DNA of 64,000 nt from Octopus vulgaris (lineage: Eukaryota), in the NCBI GenBank assembly GCA_951406725.2, contig OX597839.1, positions 3,472,001 through 3,536,000 on the forward strand, given 5' to 3'. Shown here in pieces: positions 12,748 to 26,331 of this stretch. Below the pieces are notes generated by a model. The model did not search any database, was not told where the DNA came from, and saw only the letters and a list, made by a program, of their open reading frames with translations. The position numbers were made by a program, and so were the translations under genes. How positions within the stretch are numbered: position 1 is the first letter of the stretch; each line of letters begins with the position of its first letter.

Positions 12748-13159
12748 AACCTATCTCAATAACAAGACATTATAACAATTTTGATGACGGCATAAATGAT
12801 AAACAGAACGCTATTAAGTATTTTAAAAAGCCGTTAGTAGATCTGACGTCAAAGGCAGATCATAGGAAGAGAAGGGGAAAATAAAATAATAAGTAGAGAA
12901 CAAATAAAGAGGATATTGGTTGAAAAAATGTTCAGAGGCTTGAACGTTGTGTTAACAACAAACAAAATGAGGACAAATATCCGTCAAATGTAAATAATGG
13001 ACATAATTTTATTTATTGTCTGTTAGTGACGAGGGTTATAGGGGTGAGAGGTGTAGGGAAGAGCTTATTAACAAAGTCACGAGAAGGCAGAGCGGCGACG
13101 GTGAATGGAGAGGAGAGTGTACTGTTCAAATATGCTATGAATAGTGTGTGTGTGTATGT

Positions 13160-13374
13160 ATGCGTATTTTTGTGTGTCTGTGTTTGTCCCCCAACATCGC
13201 TTGACAACCGATGCTTGTGTGCTTACGTCCCCGTCACTTAACGGTTCTGCAAAAGACCCGATAGAATAAGTACCAGGCTTACAAAGAATAAGTCCTGGGG
13301 TCGATTTATTCGACTAAAGGCAGTGCTCCAGCATGGCAGCAGTCAAATGACTGAGACAAGTAAAAGAGTAAAAA

Positions 13375-13416
<42 letters not shown>

Positions 13417-13690
13417 ATATATAATATATATAGGCATAGGCGTGGCGTGCGGTGAGAAGCTTTCTACCCAGTGACATGACTTCGGGTTCAGTCCCACTGC
13501 GTGGCACCCTGGGCAGGTGTCTTCTACTATAGCACCGGGTCGACCAAAACCTTGTAAGTCGATTTTGGGGGCGGAAACTGAAAGAAGCCTATCATATGAA
13601 AAATTATCAGGCTTTAAAAAGATAAGTACTTCGTTGTCCCAGCATGGCCGCAGTCCAGTGAGTGATGCAAGTGATAGAAGATAAAGGATG
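13160..13690 (+). mobile_element. SINE family A pieces (3' half, 5' half, tail)
   Basis: Homology to 1042-1435. Confidence 0.75.
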
Positions 13691-13841
13691 TGTGTGTGCG
13701 TGCGTGCGTGTGTGTGTGTTTCAAAGAGTTATGGCTACGTATGTGTAATTACATCTTTAGTTGAATCTCCGGATGTGTGGGCTGGAATTTGTTTATGTGC
13801 TTGAATCGGAGTGTATATACATACATGTACATATCTACATG

Positions 13842-13900
<59 letters not shown>

Positions 13901-14030
13901 TATATATATATATACATATATATACAAACACACGTATATATACTTATACATATATATACATACATATTCATATATGTGTGTGTGTGTGTATACACATATA
14001 TATATATATATCAATATATATGTGTGTTTG

Positions 14031-14119
<89 letters not shown>

Positions 14120-14465
14120 TTGTGTGTGTATATATATATATATATATTCATATATGCGCGCGTGTGTGTATATGTATGTATGCACGTGATTGCATGTGCG
14201 TATATGTTTGAGTCTCTCTCGTGCGTGTTGGTGTGTATGTGCGCGTGTGTGTATTTCTGACGAGAGGGAGAATTAAAAACAATGTCACTGAGGATGAAAG
14301 GAGTGGGAGAGTCTTACATGATTACAGGAGGGTGGGGTGGGAGGGATGATTGGTTTAAGGTTAGTTGATGGGATGGAGTGGCAGGGATGGATGGAATAGA
14401 GGTCGCGGTTTGGAATGTGGGAATTGATGTGGGGGAGTGATTGCGTACGTACCAACACACACGCT

Positions 14466-14511
<46 letters not shown>

Positions 14512-15026
14512 CATATTCATAAACACACGGCCACACGCACATGCACATGCAAACACACATAAACGCACACAAACAAACACAGATACACACATAGACACAG
14601 ATACACACAGGCATAAATACACACACGGGCACTCACACATACATATGCATACAAACGCAGACACACATGCAAACATATATACATACAAACGCACACACAA
14701 ACACTGACATACACATACATACATACACACAATGCGCATACACACACAGACACAGACATACACAAATACACACACATACGTACACACACACACAACCAAC
14801 AGGTTTCAGTTTCGGTCGATCAGTTTATTCTCAAGGCTTTGGTTTCTGCCCAGGGTTTTACTAGAAACACTTGTGCAACCAGCCATGATCGCATGGTTTG
14901 GAAGTAAACCCGGAACCATGTGGTTGGTAAGCAAGCTACTTACCACACAGCCACCCCTGCGCCTAGTAAAAAAAAAAAAGATGAAGTTTTATGAACTCAC
15001 TAGCACAAAACTTTATGTACCCATTT

Positions 15027-15069
<43 letters not shown>

Positions 15070-15174
15070 ATCAATATAAGGGTAACAAAAAATTCAAGAA
15101 AATTTTCTGCCACCAGCGGTCAAGTGAGAAAATAGAAATAGTCACAGACTATATAATACATTCAACAAAATATT

Positions 15175-15244
15175 AAGGAATGACCCTGAGAAGGTCGTTC
15201 GACTCACTTTTCAAGTGAGTCGAACGACCTTCTCAGGGTCATTC

Positions 15245-15247
<3 letters not shown>
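15175..15247. repeat. Perfect palindrome, 35-bp arms, 3-nt loop
   Basis: AAGGAATGACCCTGAGAAGGTCGTTCGACTCACTT-TTC-reverse complement. Confidence 0.97.
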
Positions 15248-15297
<50 letters not shown>

Positions 15298-15552
15298 ACC
15301 TTTTTTTCTCCGCTAATGAGATTGCACTGACAATCGAAACACACCGTTAAGTCTGAATTAAATCGACAATTACTATAATAATTAATATTCCTACACCCTC
15401 ATGTATACCCATGCATGTACGTTCGAGTTTTACTTATTGATGTATTAGGGTGAGAACTTTGAGCAACAGAGATTAATGAAGCAATTAACAGTGTTTTAAA
15501 ATTATTTTATCCAACTAAAACAATTCAATTTATTCAGAGTAATTTATTAAGA

Positions 15553-15850
15553 GTGGAGGCGCAATGGCCCAGTGGTTAGGGCAGCGGACTCGCGGTCGGA
15601 GGATCGCGGTTTCGATTTCCAGACCGGGCGTTGTGTGTGTTTATTGAGCGAAAACACCTAAAAGCTCCACGGAGTTTCGACAGGGGGGAGGGTGGCGACC
15701 ACTGTTGTACTCTTTCGCCACATCTTTCTCTCTTCCTATTTCAAGAGTAACGCTGCGATGGACTGGCGTCCCGTCCAGCTGGGGGGAATACCTACGCCAC
15801 AGAAACCGGGAAACCGGGCCCATGGGCCTGGCTAGGCTTCAAAAGGGCAA
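15553..15850 (+). mobile_element. SINE family C (RTE-like tail type)
   Basis: tRNA-like head GTGGAGGCGCAATGGCCCAGTGGTTAGGG; tail GAAACCGGGAAACCGGGCCCATGGGCCTGGCTAGG. Confidence 0.85.
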
Positions 15851-16092
15851 CTTTTATCGTTTTTTCACCACCTACAAATACTATTTCCCTTAACTCACTA
15901 TTTTTCGTTGTAAATATTATACGTAAGTTGCGTGCATATAGCGGATCCTATGCATATTGTCAGTAAGATGCAACCACCAAGCTGTAACAGTAGTTAATAA
16001 AACAATATTCCTACTTCCTGGCTGATCAAACGTGGATTGATCTTTTGATAGACTTGAAAGAATGCTGTTGATATATGTTCACGACTCTTTTC

Positions 16093-16131
16093 TTCCGCTG
16101 ATGAGATTGAAATGGCAATCGAAACACGGAA
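16093..16131 (+). ncRNA. Degenerate hammerhead relic (related copy 15308-15345)
   Basis: TTCCG-CTGATGA-GATTG-aaatgg-CAATC-GAAAC-A-CGGAA. Stems I and II are perfect but the stem III/NUH segment is missing. Confidence 0.5.
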
Positions 16132-16478
16132 CCAGGACTGCTGCGAATTAATGTTAGTTTTATATGAATAAGCGTACTTCCTAAATTTCCCTGCAGGTAT
16201 TTACTTACATGTGTGTATATATTACATTACATCATACCCACGCATAGACACGTGTGCGTGCGTGAGTGTTTGAGTGTGTGTTTGTGTAAATGTATGTGTG
16301 TGTGTGTGTGTCTGTGCGCGCACGTGTGTGTGCGTATGTGTGTGTGTGTAGCCATTATGGTGAAAAATGTCTCGCTAACTCTTATATGTCTTGTGGAGTA
16401 CATGCCTTAATGCTTCAAGCAAGCTACAACGCTATTCTTTCTTACTACATACACACATACATGCATACATTCATACGA

Positions 16479-16529
<51 letters not shown>

Positions 16530-16635
16530 CACACACACACATATATATATATATAAGCATTTACATCAATATGTATGTGTATATATGTATGTAGAAGTAT
16601 ATAAATACATATACATATATATATATATATATATA

Positions 16636-16762
<127 letters not shown>

Positions 16763-17329
16763 TATGTTCGTATATATGTGCCTACCAACTTGGTTAAAAA
16801 TACCTCGCTTCGTCTAATTATTATGCACCCTGTGAAGTTCTTATTTCTTGTTACCGTGTGCACGTGTGCGTGTGTGTGTGTGTGTATGTGTGCACGTGTG
16901 TGTGTGTGTGTGTGTGTGTGCACGTGTGTGTGTGTGTGTGTGTGTGTGCGTACGTTAACTGCCAGTCTGTCTCTTATATCCCACTCTATGTAAAGCTCCT
17001 ATTGACTGGAATGCTATCTTGTAACGTTATCCATGTGTTGTACCTGCGGCAAATAAACGAAGCCAAGATTCACAGACTCTCTAAGAACGTCGGAAAGTAT
17101 GCCATGCGGTATGTAGTACATACGCCGGTTCTTTACGTTTCGAGTTCAAATCCCTCCGAGGTCAACTTTACTTTCTATTCCTCCAGGGTCACTAAATAAT
17201 GTACTTATACTAAATAATGTCTTATCGATTATACCCCTTTCTCTTCAAAAATTCCTCATCTTCTACATTCTGCGCAAAATTTTTTTAAAAACCCATTTAT
17301 TTCAGGGCAGAATTTTGATGGAGGTCACC

Positions 17330-17653
17330 TTGGATGATGGTAGTGGTCATTATGATGGCTTTAGTGGTGATGGTGGAGATAGTGAGGATGATGGTGGTAG
17401 GTATAGTGGTGGTGGTGGTGGTGGTGGTAGTGGTAGTGGTGGTGGTGAAGGGCGATGGTGATGATAGTGGCGGTTATGTTGATGGTGGTGATGGTGTTGG
17501 TGTTGGTGATGGTGGTGGTAGAGGATGTAGTGGTGATGGTGGTGGTGGTGGGGGGGCGTTGAGGTGGTGAAGGAAGCGATGGTTGTGGTGGTGATGATGA
17601 TGGCGTTGAAGGTGGTGAAGGTGGCGATGGTGGTGGTAATGCTGATGGTATGA

Positions 17654-17686
<33 letters not shown>

Positions 17687-17905
17687 TGGTGATGGTTGTG
17701 CTAATGAGAATAATGATAGCGTATGTAGCCGTGTTGACGATGATGATGCTGACGGTGGTGGTGGTGGTGGTTTGTGTGAAAGTGTATGTATTGATGGTAA
17801 TGATGATGATGGTGGTGGTGGTTTTGGTACTGTTGTTGATGATGTTGTTGTTGTTGGTGGTGTTGATGATAGTGATGGTAGGGGTGAAAGTGTACGTAGC
17901 GATGG

Positions 17906-17937
<32 letters not shown>

Positions 17938-18290
17938 GTCGTGTTGGAAGTGGTAGTGGTAATATTAGTGATAATGATGATGATGATGACAACGATGATG
18001 ATGATGATGATGATAATGATGGTAGTAGTGATAGTAAAAGTGTGGCGGTTGTAGTTGAGGTGGTTGTCGCCGTGCTCTAGACGGTCATGGTGATGGCGTT
18101 GGCGATAGTATTGGTAAAGAAAGCAATGGCGATGGTGAACTGATGATGGCGGTTGTGATACTGATACTAGGGGGCGGTTGTGGTGATGGCGATGCTTAGG
18201 GTGACGGTAGCGGCGGCGGCGGCGGCAGTGGTGGTGGTGGTGGTGGTGGTGGTGGCGGTGGCGGTGGCGGCGGTGGTGCTTGGTGCTATT
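17330..18290. repeat. Degenerate (GGT/GAT/GTA)n trinucleotide low-complexity tract
   Basis: Directly visible; ORFs are homopolymeric in all frames. Confidence 0.9.
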
Positions 18291-18483
18291 CAAATTCTTG
18301 TAGAAGACAGAGGGAAGAAACTAAAATGTCTGTCAAGAATGTTTGAACTTTCCTTTGAATCTTTGCCAGTTTGGGGATGTGAGTCAATATGGCTGCCTTC
18401 TCTCTGTACATTATATAACATAATATAATACATATATGTGTGAGTGTATATATATATATATTCATATATATACATATATATGC

Positions 18484-18568
<85 letters not shown>

Positions 18569-18639
18569 TATATATGTATATATGTATATATATATATATT
18601 GCATATAATACATACATATATATATATATATTGCATACC

Positions 18640-18725
<86 letters not shown>

Positions 18726-19868
18726 CATATATGAATGTGTGTGTATGCATGTATGTATACACATATATATATTACATACATATACACATACTACATACAT
18801 TCGTGAATACAATGTGTGTGCGCGTGTATCTATCTGTGTATGTGCATATATATATATATATGCACGCACACATAGTCACACGCGCACACATATATGTATA
18901 TGTATGTATGGATATATGTATGTATATACGTATATATATATATATATATATATATATGTAAGTACACGCACAAGCACATACATTTGTGTGCGTGCGTGTA
19001 TATGTGCTTGAGTGTGCGTGCGCACGTACGTGTGTGTGTGTGTGTGTGTGTGTGTGTATCTGTGTGTGTGTGTATCTGTGTGTGTGTGTATTTGTTTTCT
19101 TAAGTGCATTTTTGTTCCTACATTTTTTTTTCTTCCAAGAATATAGCAGACGGAGGCGTTGGCATCGACCGACCGACTGGCCGGCCGGCCGGCCGATAGA
19201 ATCCCTTGCTGTGTGTGGGACGTGGTGGGGTGGGGGTGGATGGGGGGGGGGGGGAGATCGTTGCGTACGGTGTGTGATGAAAAAAAAAAAAAGAAAAAGG
19301 GAGCGGACTGTTGATTCGATTGTGTAAGGAATTCCACGAGAAAATAAAATGAATAAATAAATAAATAAATATGCTTTTGTTGTTTTTTTTTCCTTTGTTC
19401 TTTTTCTGTTTGTTTTGTTTTCTTTTGTCTGTTCTGACTCCTGACTCTAGGAACTAGAATACCGGGGGGTGGGGTAGGGTGGCTAGGGAGATGGGTGAAG
19501 GGCAGACAGAGGAATGTAGGGGTGGTAGAGTAGTAGTAGTAGTAGTAGGAAGAAGAGGAGGAGGACGCCAGGGGGCTATAACAAGTTGAAGAGGGAGGAG
19601 CAGGACGAGGAGGATGAGGAGGTGGGGATGAAGGACAATGAGGAGGAGGAGGTGGTGATGAGGGAAAATGAGGAGCAGGAGCAGGAAGAAGAGGAAGAGA
19701 TGGAGGAGAAGAAAAAGAAGATGAAGACAACGCAGACGACGATGACGAAGAAGAAGAAGAAGAAGAAGAAGAAGAAGAAGAAGAAGAAGAAGAAGAAGAA
19801 GAAGAGAAGAAGAAGAAGAATTTATATCATTCTTTTTTCCTCTCCTTTTTCTGCAACCCTCTACACAA

Positions 19869-19901
<33 letters not shown>

Positions 19902-20041
19902 AATACACACGCACATACACACATACATACATTCATATATAAACTTGTGCGTATACAAACACATACAAACACACACAAACATATACAAACACACACAAAC
20001 ATGCAAACACACACGTGCGCGCACAAATATTCAAACACTCG

Positions 20042-20085
<44 letters not shown>

Positions 20086-20090
20086 CTCAC

Positions 20091-20965
20091 CAGGGTGCGG
20101 TTAATAAATTGTCGTCTAAATTACGCAGAAATGAAAATAACTCTGACATTTGATTATAAGAGATATATTTACCAAAATTACGTAAAAATATCTTGCAATA
20201 TTAAAGAGTAAATGTATTCAAAAAATCGCCATTGGCTTCAACCACGGCCTCCAGACGACTTTGGAATCTCCTGCAACCCTTTTGGGATGGTCTCTTTGTT
20301 TAAGCTGGTGAATGCTGCCATAATCCTTACCTCAGTTCATCTTTGGTGTTACGAAGAATTTTGATGGTCTCTCGCTCACTGTGCTCCACGCATAATAATC
20401 AAGTGGGGTTGCAGTCTAGGGTTGGGGGTGGCCAGATATTAGGAGTGATGTGGTTACAGAAATTGTCTGACAGCCATGACTGGGTTCTCATGTTTGTGTA
20501 GCACGGTGCAGAATACTGTTGCTAGACTTAGGGTCTTCCAGTAGCCACCCTATTGACCCAGGGCAGCACTATATCCTCCAAGCACTTGATGTAGGCGTTT
20601 GTGTTGAGTTTGAGATGAATAGAAGCATAACGTCGCCATCACTAGTGATCACTGCAAACACCATGATGTTGACTGGATCTTTGATTTTTATCACTCTCGG
20701 TACATAATCCTCAGATTGCACCGTTCTCAGATTGACACCCAAACACTCTGAAATGTTCGTATTGGAGTTTCCACCGCGAATGCCAAGCAGTACAGCAAGT
20801 CGTTTCCAAATTTCTGGCAGAGTAAATTGCGTCATGGTGCTGTTTTTCTCACATGGTGCCCAACTGACCCTACTATGCTGTTTAGTCGATAAAATCAAAA
20901 ACAAATGATGCGCATGCGCGAAATTAAAAAATATAAAATAGCGGCAATTTACCCACCGCATCCTG
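20091..20965 (-). mobile_element. Internally deleted DD37D (maT)-like DNA transposon with TIRs
   Basis: TIRs CAGGGTGCGGTTAATAAATTGTCG / GCGGCAATTTACCCACCGCATCCTG-TA. Minus-strand VMVFAVITSDG-like and WPPPTLDCNPLDYYAW motifs. Confidence 0.75.
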
Positions 20966-20970
20966 TATGT

Positions 20971-21034
<64 letters not shown>

Positions 21035-21269
21035 AACAACGGATTGGTAAAACGCCTCTCCACGCGAAAGGCGCTAAAACCTCCTTAAAAAAAAATTACA
21101 AAACTCCAGAGGCGCTAAAGCCTCTTTAAAAAACTCCGAAAAACATTTTTTAAAGGATGCTTTTGCACCTCTGGCGTCTATTTGCAGTGGGTGGTGAGGT
21201 GGAAAATTTACCTATGAGTTTTTTATTTTCGTGTTTACCTCCTGAATGATTTTATCCTTATTATATAAT

Positions 21270-21333
<64 letters not shown>

Positions 21334-21334
21334 G

Positions 21335-21665
21335 TCCTGTTATTATTATTATTGTTGTTATTTTTATTGTATTTTTGTGCTTATATTCGTGTAACATCGT
21401 CTGTTTTTCCGTCCTTGTTTTCGTATACATTCAACGCTTTTTTCCAATGAATCTAATGCTCTTAGCTTAGTTTTTCTTTGGGGTTGGCCAAATTGGAGCA
21501 ATCTCAAGATTAATCAGCCGAAATTACGAGGATGATCCGGTTCTTGACTGAAGATAAAAGGCTTTGTTTTTTTTTTTGTATCGCCTATCTGGATGTTTTG
21601 TTGTCCCTTTTTGTATCATCTAGTTGTCCGGATCTTTTGCGTTCTTGTCCCATTTTGTATTTTAT

Positions 21666-21670
<5 letters not shown>
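21335..21670 (+). mobile_element. Unclassified (TA)n-embedded interspersed repeat
   Basis: Reverse-complement homologue at 40640-40875 (GGAGCAATCTCAAGATTAATCAGCCGAAATT...GGTTCTTGACTGAAGAT). Confidence 0.7.
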
Positions 21671-21723
<53 letters not shown>

Positions 21724-21727
21724 CTCT

Positions 21728-21954
21728 TCACTCTTTTACTCTTTTACTTGTTTCAGTCATTTGACTGCAGCCATGCTGGAACACCGCCTTTAGTCGAGCA
21801 AATCGACCCCAGGACTTATTCTTTGTAAGCCTAGTACTTATTCTATCGGTCTTCTTTTGCCGAACCTCTATGTTACGGGGACCTAAACACCCCAGCATCG
21901 GTTGTCAAGCGATGTTGGGGAGACAAACACAGGCACACAAACATATATACACAC

Positions 21955-22012
<58 letters not shown>

Positions 22013-22045
22013 GACGGGCTTCTTTCAGTTTCCGTCTACCAAATC
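21728..22045 (-). mobile_element. SINE family A, 5'-truncated
   Basis: Homology to family A. Confidence 0.8.
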
Positions 22046-22354
22046 CCCAAAAAAGAATCTCCGTCTTATTGTGAGCCAACGGGACCAGCAAGAAATGGCA
22101 ACCAAACATCCATAGGATATGGCTTTGCGATATTTTGTCACGGCCGTTCTGGCGCTGCTTATTTGGCGCCGCTGATTCGACGCTGACTTATATGACATCC
22201 GACGTTTTGATGTTTCTCTCGTTTTAATGATTCTCTTGTTCTCTCTCCCTCTCGCTCTCTCTCCCCCCTCTCTCCTCCTCATCTCCCCTCCTTTGTGTTT
22301 ATGTGTGTGAGCTGCTTTCTTTGTATGTGTATGACAGTGGGAACTGCGCATGCG

Positions 22355-23410
22355 TATCGTATTCAATTAATAAATTGAAATGGCTTTCTCTGCCCCCTCC
22401 TCTCCCTCCTTCTACATTTTCCTTCCTCCACCTCCCTCTCTCTCCTTCGCCCCTTCTCTCTCCCTCTTTCCCCCTCTCTGCTTATGTGTATGTCTATATT
22501 TCTCTCTCGATGTATAAAAGAGAAAGTATTTATTTCAATCGTGTTCAATTAATAAATTGTAATGCATTTTTCACCCTACTTGCTCTCCCTCTCTTTCTTT
22601 ACCGCTCTCTCCTTTTCTCGCTCTCTCCTTTTCTCTCTCTCTCCCTTTCTCTCTCTCTCATTACTTCTCTTAACTTGTCTCTCTTTACCTCTCTCTCTTT
22701 AACTCTCTCTCTCTCTCTCTTAACTCTCTCTCTCTCCTCTCTCTCTCTTTACCTCTCTTAATTTATCTCTCTTTACCTCTCTCTCTTTACCTCTCTTAAC
22801 TTCTCTCTCTTTACCTCTCTCCTTCTCTCTTTTTACCTCTCTCTCTTTACATCTCTCTCTTTACATCTCTCTCTTTCCATCTCTCTCTTTTCTCTCTCTT
22901 TACATCTCTCTCTCTCTCTTTACATCTCTCTCTCTCTCTCTTTACCTCTCTCTTTACTTCTCTCTTTCCATCTCTCTCCATTTTCCCCCTTCCTCCTCCC
23001 CTCTCTCTATGTGTATGAGCATATCTTTTTATGCGTGAGACGAAAAGTGTTTATGTCAATCGTGTTCAATTAATAAATTGTAATGTTTTTCACCCTCTCT
23101 CCTTCCCTTCCTCCCTCCTCCTCCTCCTCCTTCTTCTTCTCTCCCTACCTCCCACCCTCTATTTCGTGTGTAAGCATATTTCGCTTGAAGTGTTTGATGA
23201 GAGGAAGAGTATTTACATCAATCATGTTTAATTAATAAATTGTAATGCCTCTCTCTCTCCCTCCCTCCCTCTCTTTCTTTTACTCTCTTCCTCTCTCCCT
23301 CTCTCCTCTCTCTCTATCACTCGACGTATGTGGTCATATTTCGCTTGAAGTGTTTGATGAGAGGAAAAGTATTTACATCAATCATGTTCAATTAATAAAT
23401 TGTAATGTCT
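22355..23410. repeat. Compound repeat: conserved AT-rich box separated by (CT)-rich spacers
   Basis: TCAATC(G/A)TGTT(C/T)AATTAATAAATTGTAATG at ~22535, 23056, 23218 and 23378; partial copy at 22362. Confidence 0.85.
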
Positions 23411-23418
23411 CTCTCTCT

Positions 23419-23682
23419 GTGGAGGCACATGGCCCGGTGGTTAGAGCAGCGGAGTTGCGGTCGTGGGATTATGGATTCGAATCTTAGACCGGGCGATGTG
23501 TGTGTCTATGAGCGAAACACCTAAGCTCCACGCGGCTCCGGCAGAAGGTAATGGCAAACGTCTGCTGACTCTTTCGCCACAACATTCTCTCACTCTTTCC
23601 TCCTGCATCTTACAGCTCACCTGCGACGGACCGGCGTCCCATCCAGGTGGGGAACCTATGCACCAAGGAAACCGGCCCTTAT
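23419..23682 (+). mobile_element. SINE family C
   Basis: Reverse complement of 2502-2797. Confidence 0.85.
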
Positions 23683-25597
23683 AAACCAGGAACGAAAAAC
23701 GAGAAGGAACAAACAACAACAATGTCTCTCTCTTTCTCCCTCTCTCTCTCACCCTTCTTAACTCTCGCTCTCTCTCACTTTTTTCATTTTGTATGCGTAT
23801 ATTTCTATGAACATATGCGTGTCTGCATGAGTGTGTGCGTGTGTGTATGTTTGCTTCTAGTAGCAAAAACGTATTGTCGGCCGTGCCAAGTCGTCTACGT
23901 CCAAACAGCTGCGCCAAGACGTCTCATTCCGACAAGCTCATTGGCTAATCACAACACCAGCGCCTGTTCTGGCACTGTGAATCTGGCAGAGAAATAGGTT
24001 GCTGCTATTTCTAGCGGTCGAGTGTCCATCATTGACATGACCAAGGAAGGTCGAAGTCACGTGATCTGGGGGGTAGCGGGAATTTACTTCCCCGCTAGCG
24101 ATATATGCAAGAATGGATTCCCCCCACTCCACCGTTTTCCTACCCCTTCGAAGAAGAAGAAGAAGAAGAAGAAGAAGAAGAAGATGAAAAGAAGAAGAAG
24201 GAGGGGGAGGATGAGAAGAGGAAGGAGGGGAATGAGAAGAGAAGAAGAAGAAGAAACGAAGAGGAAGAAGGAGGAGGGGGATGAGAAGAAGAAGTAGAAG
24301 GAGGAGGAGGATGAGAAGAAGAAGAAGAAGCAACAAGCACAGCAAGAACAACAACAACGAATTACAATGACAACAGCAACGACGACAACAACAACAACAG
24401 TAATATCAGCCACAACAACAACAAAAACAACGACGTCGACGACAACAACAACAACAATAGCAACAACAACACTGCTGCAATGAATCTGTAATGAAGGTCG
24501 TTTCAAAGAATAAAAACAACCTCCAACACTTGTGTAATTACCAAGACAAGAGCATATTCCAGTTGCAATCTACATCCGTGTCCAGGCACCATTTCTGATC
24601 TCTAACCTCTGTGGAATATAGCAGACAGCGGTCAAATAAGCACCAGACGCGTTTCCTTTGATCCGCCTCAATAACAGAAGAAACAAGAACACAACTAAAA
24701 TTCCAATATACTCGTCCGAATCTTTGAAAAATTTACAATTCTCTGTTTGCAGGCAATATTAACCAAACTGCTGAACATTCGATATTGAATGCGCAAATAG
24801 CTGTTCTTCTTTCATTCAACACACATTCTGACATTCCGGCCAATAATATTCAATGAATTTATTTTGCTAAAAATCAATGATAAACGCGAATTTGTTGAGT
24901 GAATTTTTCCAGTAGTGAAGTTAACAAAATACAAATACAAAATTTCAATAATGAAACATCGCCGTAGTCACCGCCGCCACAACCACCGCCACCGTCGTCG
25001 TCGTCGTCGTCGTCGTCAGAGCCACCACCACCACCATCACCACCGATCGGTATTGTTATTGTCAAAATGCTTAACGGCATTCCAGCTCTCTTTACGTTCT
25101 GGGCTCAAATTCCACCCAGGTCGACTTTGCTTTTCATTCTTTCGGGATCGATGAAATAAGTACCAGTTAAGCACTGGAGTCTATGAAATCACTTGCCCTT
25201 TTCCCCACGAAATTTCAGATCTTGTGCCTGTAGTAGAACGGATTATTATTATTTTTATTATTGAGTGAGAGAGCAGCGCATGCCATCAAAGTGACATTGG
25301 GCTACAAATATACGAAGCCTAGTATACCTATTCGACTACCCGTCTGATAAGGGTACACCAGGTATTGCAATCATACATGTGCGACATGGTTAATCTCATA
25401 TCAAGATAAACAGCGCATGCTCTTGCAGTTAGGGCCCATTTAGAATTTTCTTCAGGTGGAGTATCCCATACCGCTCAAAAGGTCTCTGAATAAGGTTTGC
25501 TTAAGGATGATGTACAAAACACCCATGTTTCCAGCAGAGGTGAAGGGCCTATGTATGCAACGCATCCACTGTTTGCCTTACTATATTACCACAATAA

Positions 25598-25994
25598 GGC
25601 GGCGAGTTGGCAGAAACGTTAGCACGCCGAGCGAAATGCGTAGCCGTATTTCGTCTGCCAATACGTTCTGAGTTCAAATTCCGCCGAGGTCGACTTTGTG
25701 TTTCATCCTTTCGGGGTCGATAAATTAAGTACCAGTTACGCACTGGGGTCGATATAATCGATTTAGTCCTTTGTCTGTCCTTGTTTGGCCCCTTGTGCGT
25801 AGTAAAGAAATAGGTATTTTGTCTGCCGTTACTTTCTGAGTTGAAATTCCGCCGAGGTCGACTTTTTGTTTCATCCTTTCGGGGTCGATAAATTAAGTAC
25901 CAGTTACGCACTGGGGTCGATGTAATCGACTTAATCCGTTTGTCCTTGTTTGTCCCCTTTGTGTTTAGCCCCTTGTGGGTAGTAAAGAAATAGG
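25598..25994 (+). mobile_element. SINE family B with duplicated 3' module and 16-bp TSD
   Basis: TSD TATATTACCACAATAA at 25582-25597 and 25995-26010. Confidence 0.9.
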
Positions 25995-26331
25995 TATATT
26001 ACCACAATAAATAATTTTTGTGTAATAAATAATTGATTATTGATATTTTTCACTAGATTCATTCTAGTCATATTTACTTATATTTCGCATTCCTTCATTT
26101 CTTTGTAGAAATTGTAAACAATCGATATTATTTAACAAGTGCGAGTAGTGAAAGCCCTTGTTTGCTTTTGCGAGAAAAGAAGGAAAAGCTATGAATGGAT
26201 TGCTTTCCCGTTCTTTTGAGGAGGAAGCGTCAACAAGAGAGACATAACAAACGAGTGTTCAACAGAGAGAAAAGCGAATTTTTCTGCTTGCTTTCAGTCG
26301 TAGTCAGTAAGAGCAATGGTGTTAGCCTCTT

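Noticed and set aside
17361-18293. 310-aa His/Thr/Ile-rich ORF
   Set aside because: Translation of (GGT/GAT)n microsatellite.
18876-20038. Acidic/Lys-rich and Pro/Ser-rich ORFs
   Set aside because: (GAG)/(GAA)/(CA) repeats; no supportable splice structure.
22355-23410. CRISPR-like repeat-spacer pattern
   Set aside because: Eukaryotic context, spacers are low-complexity and of very unequal length, and there are no cas genes.
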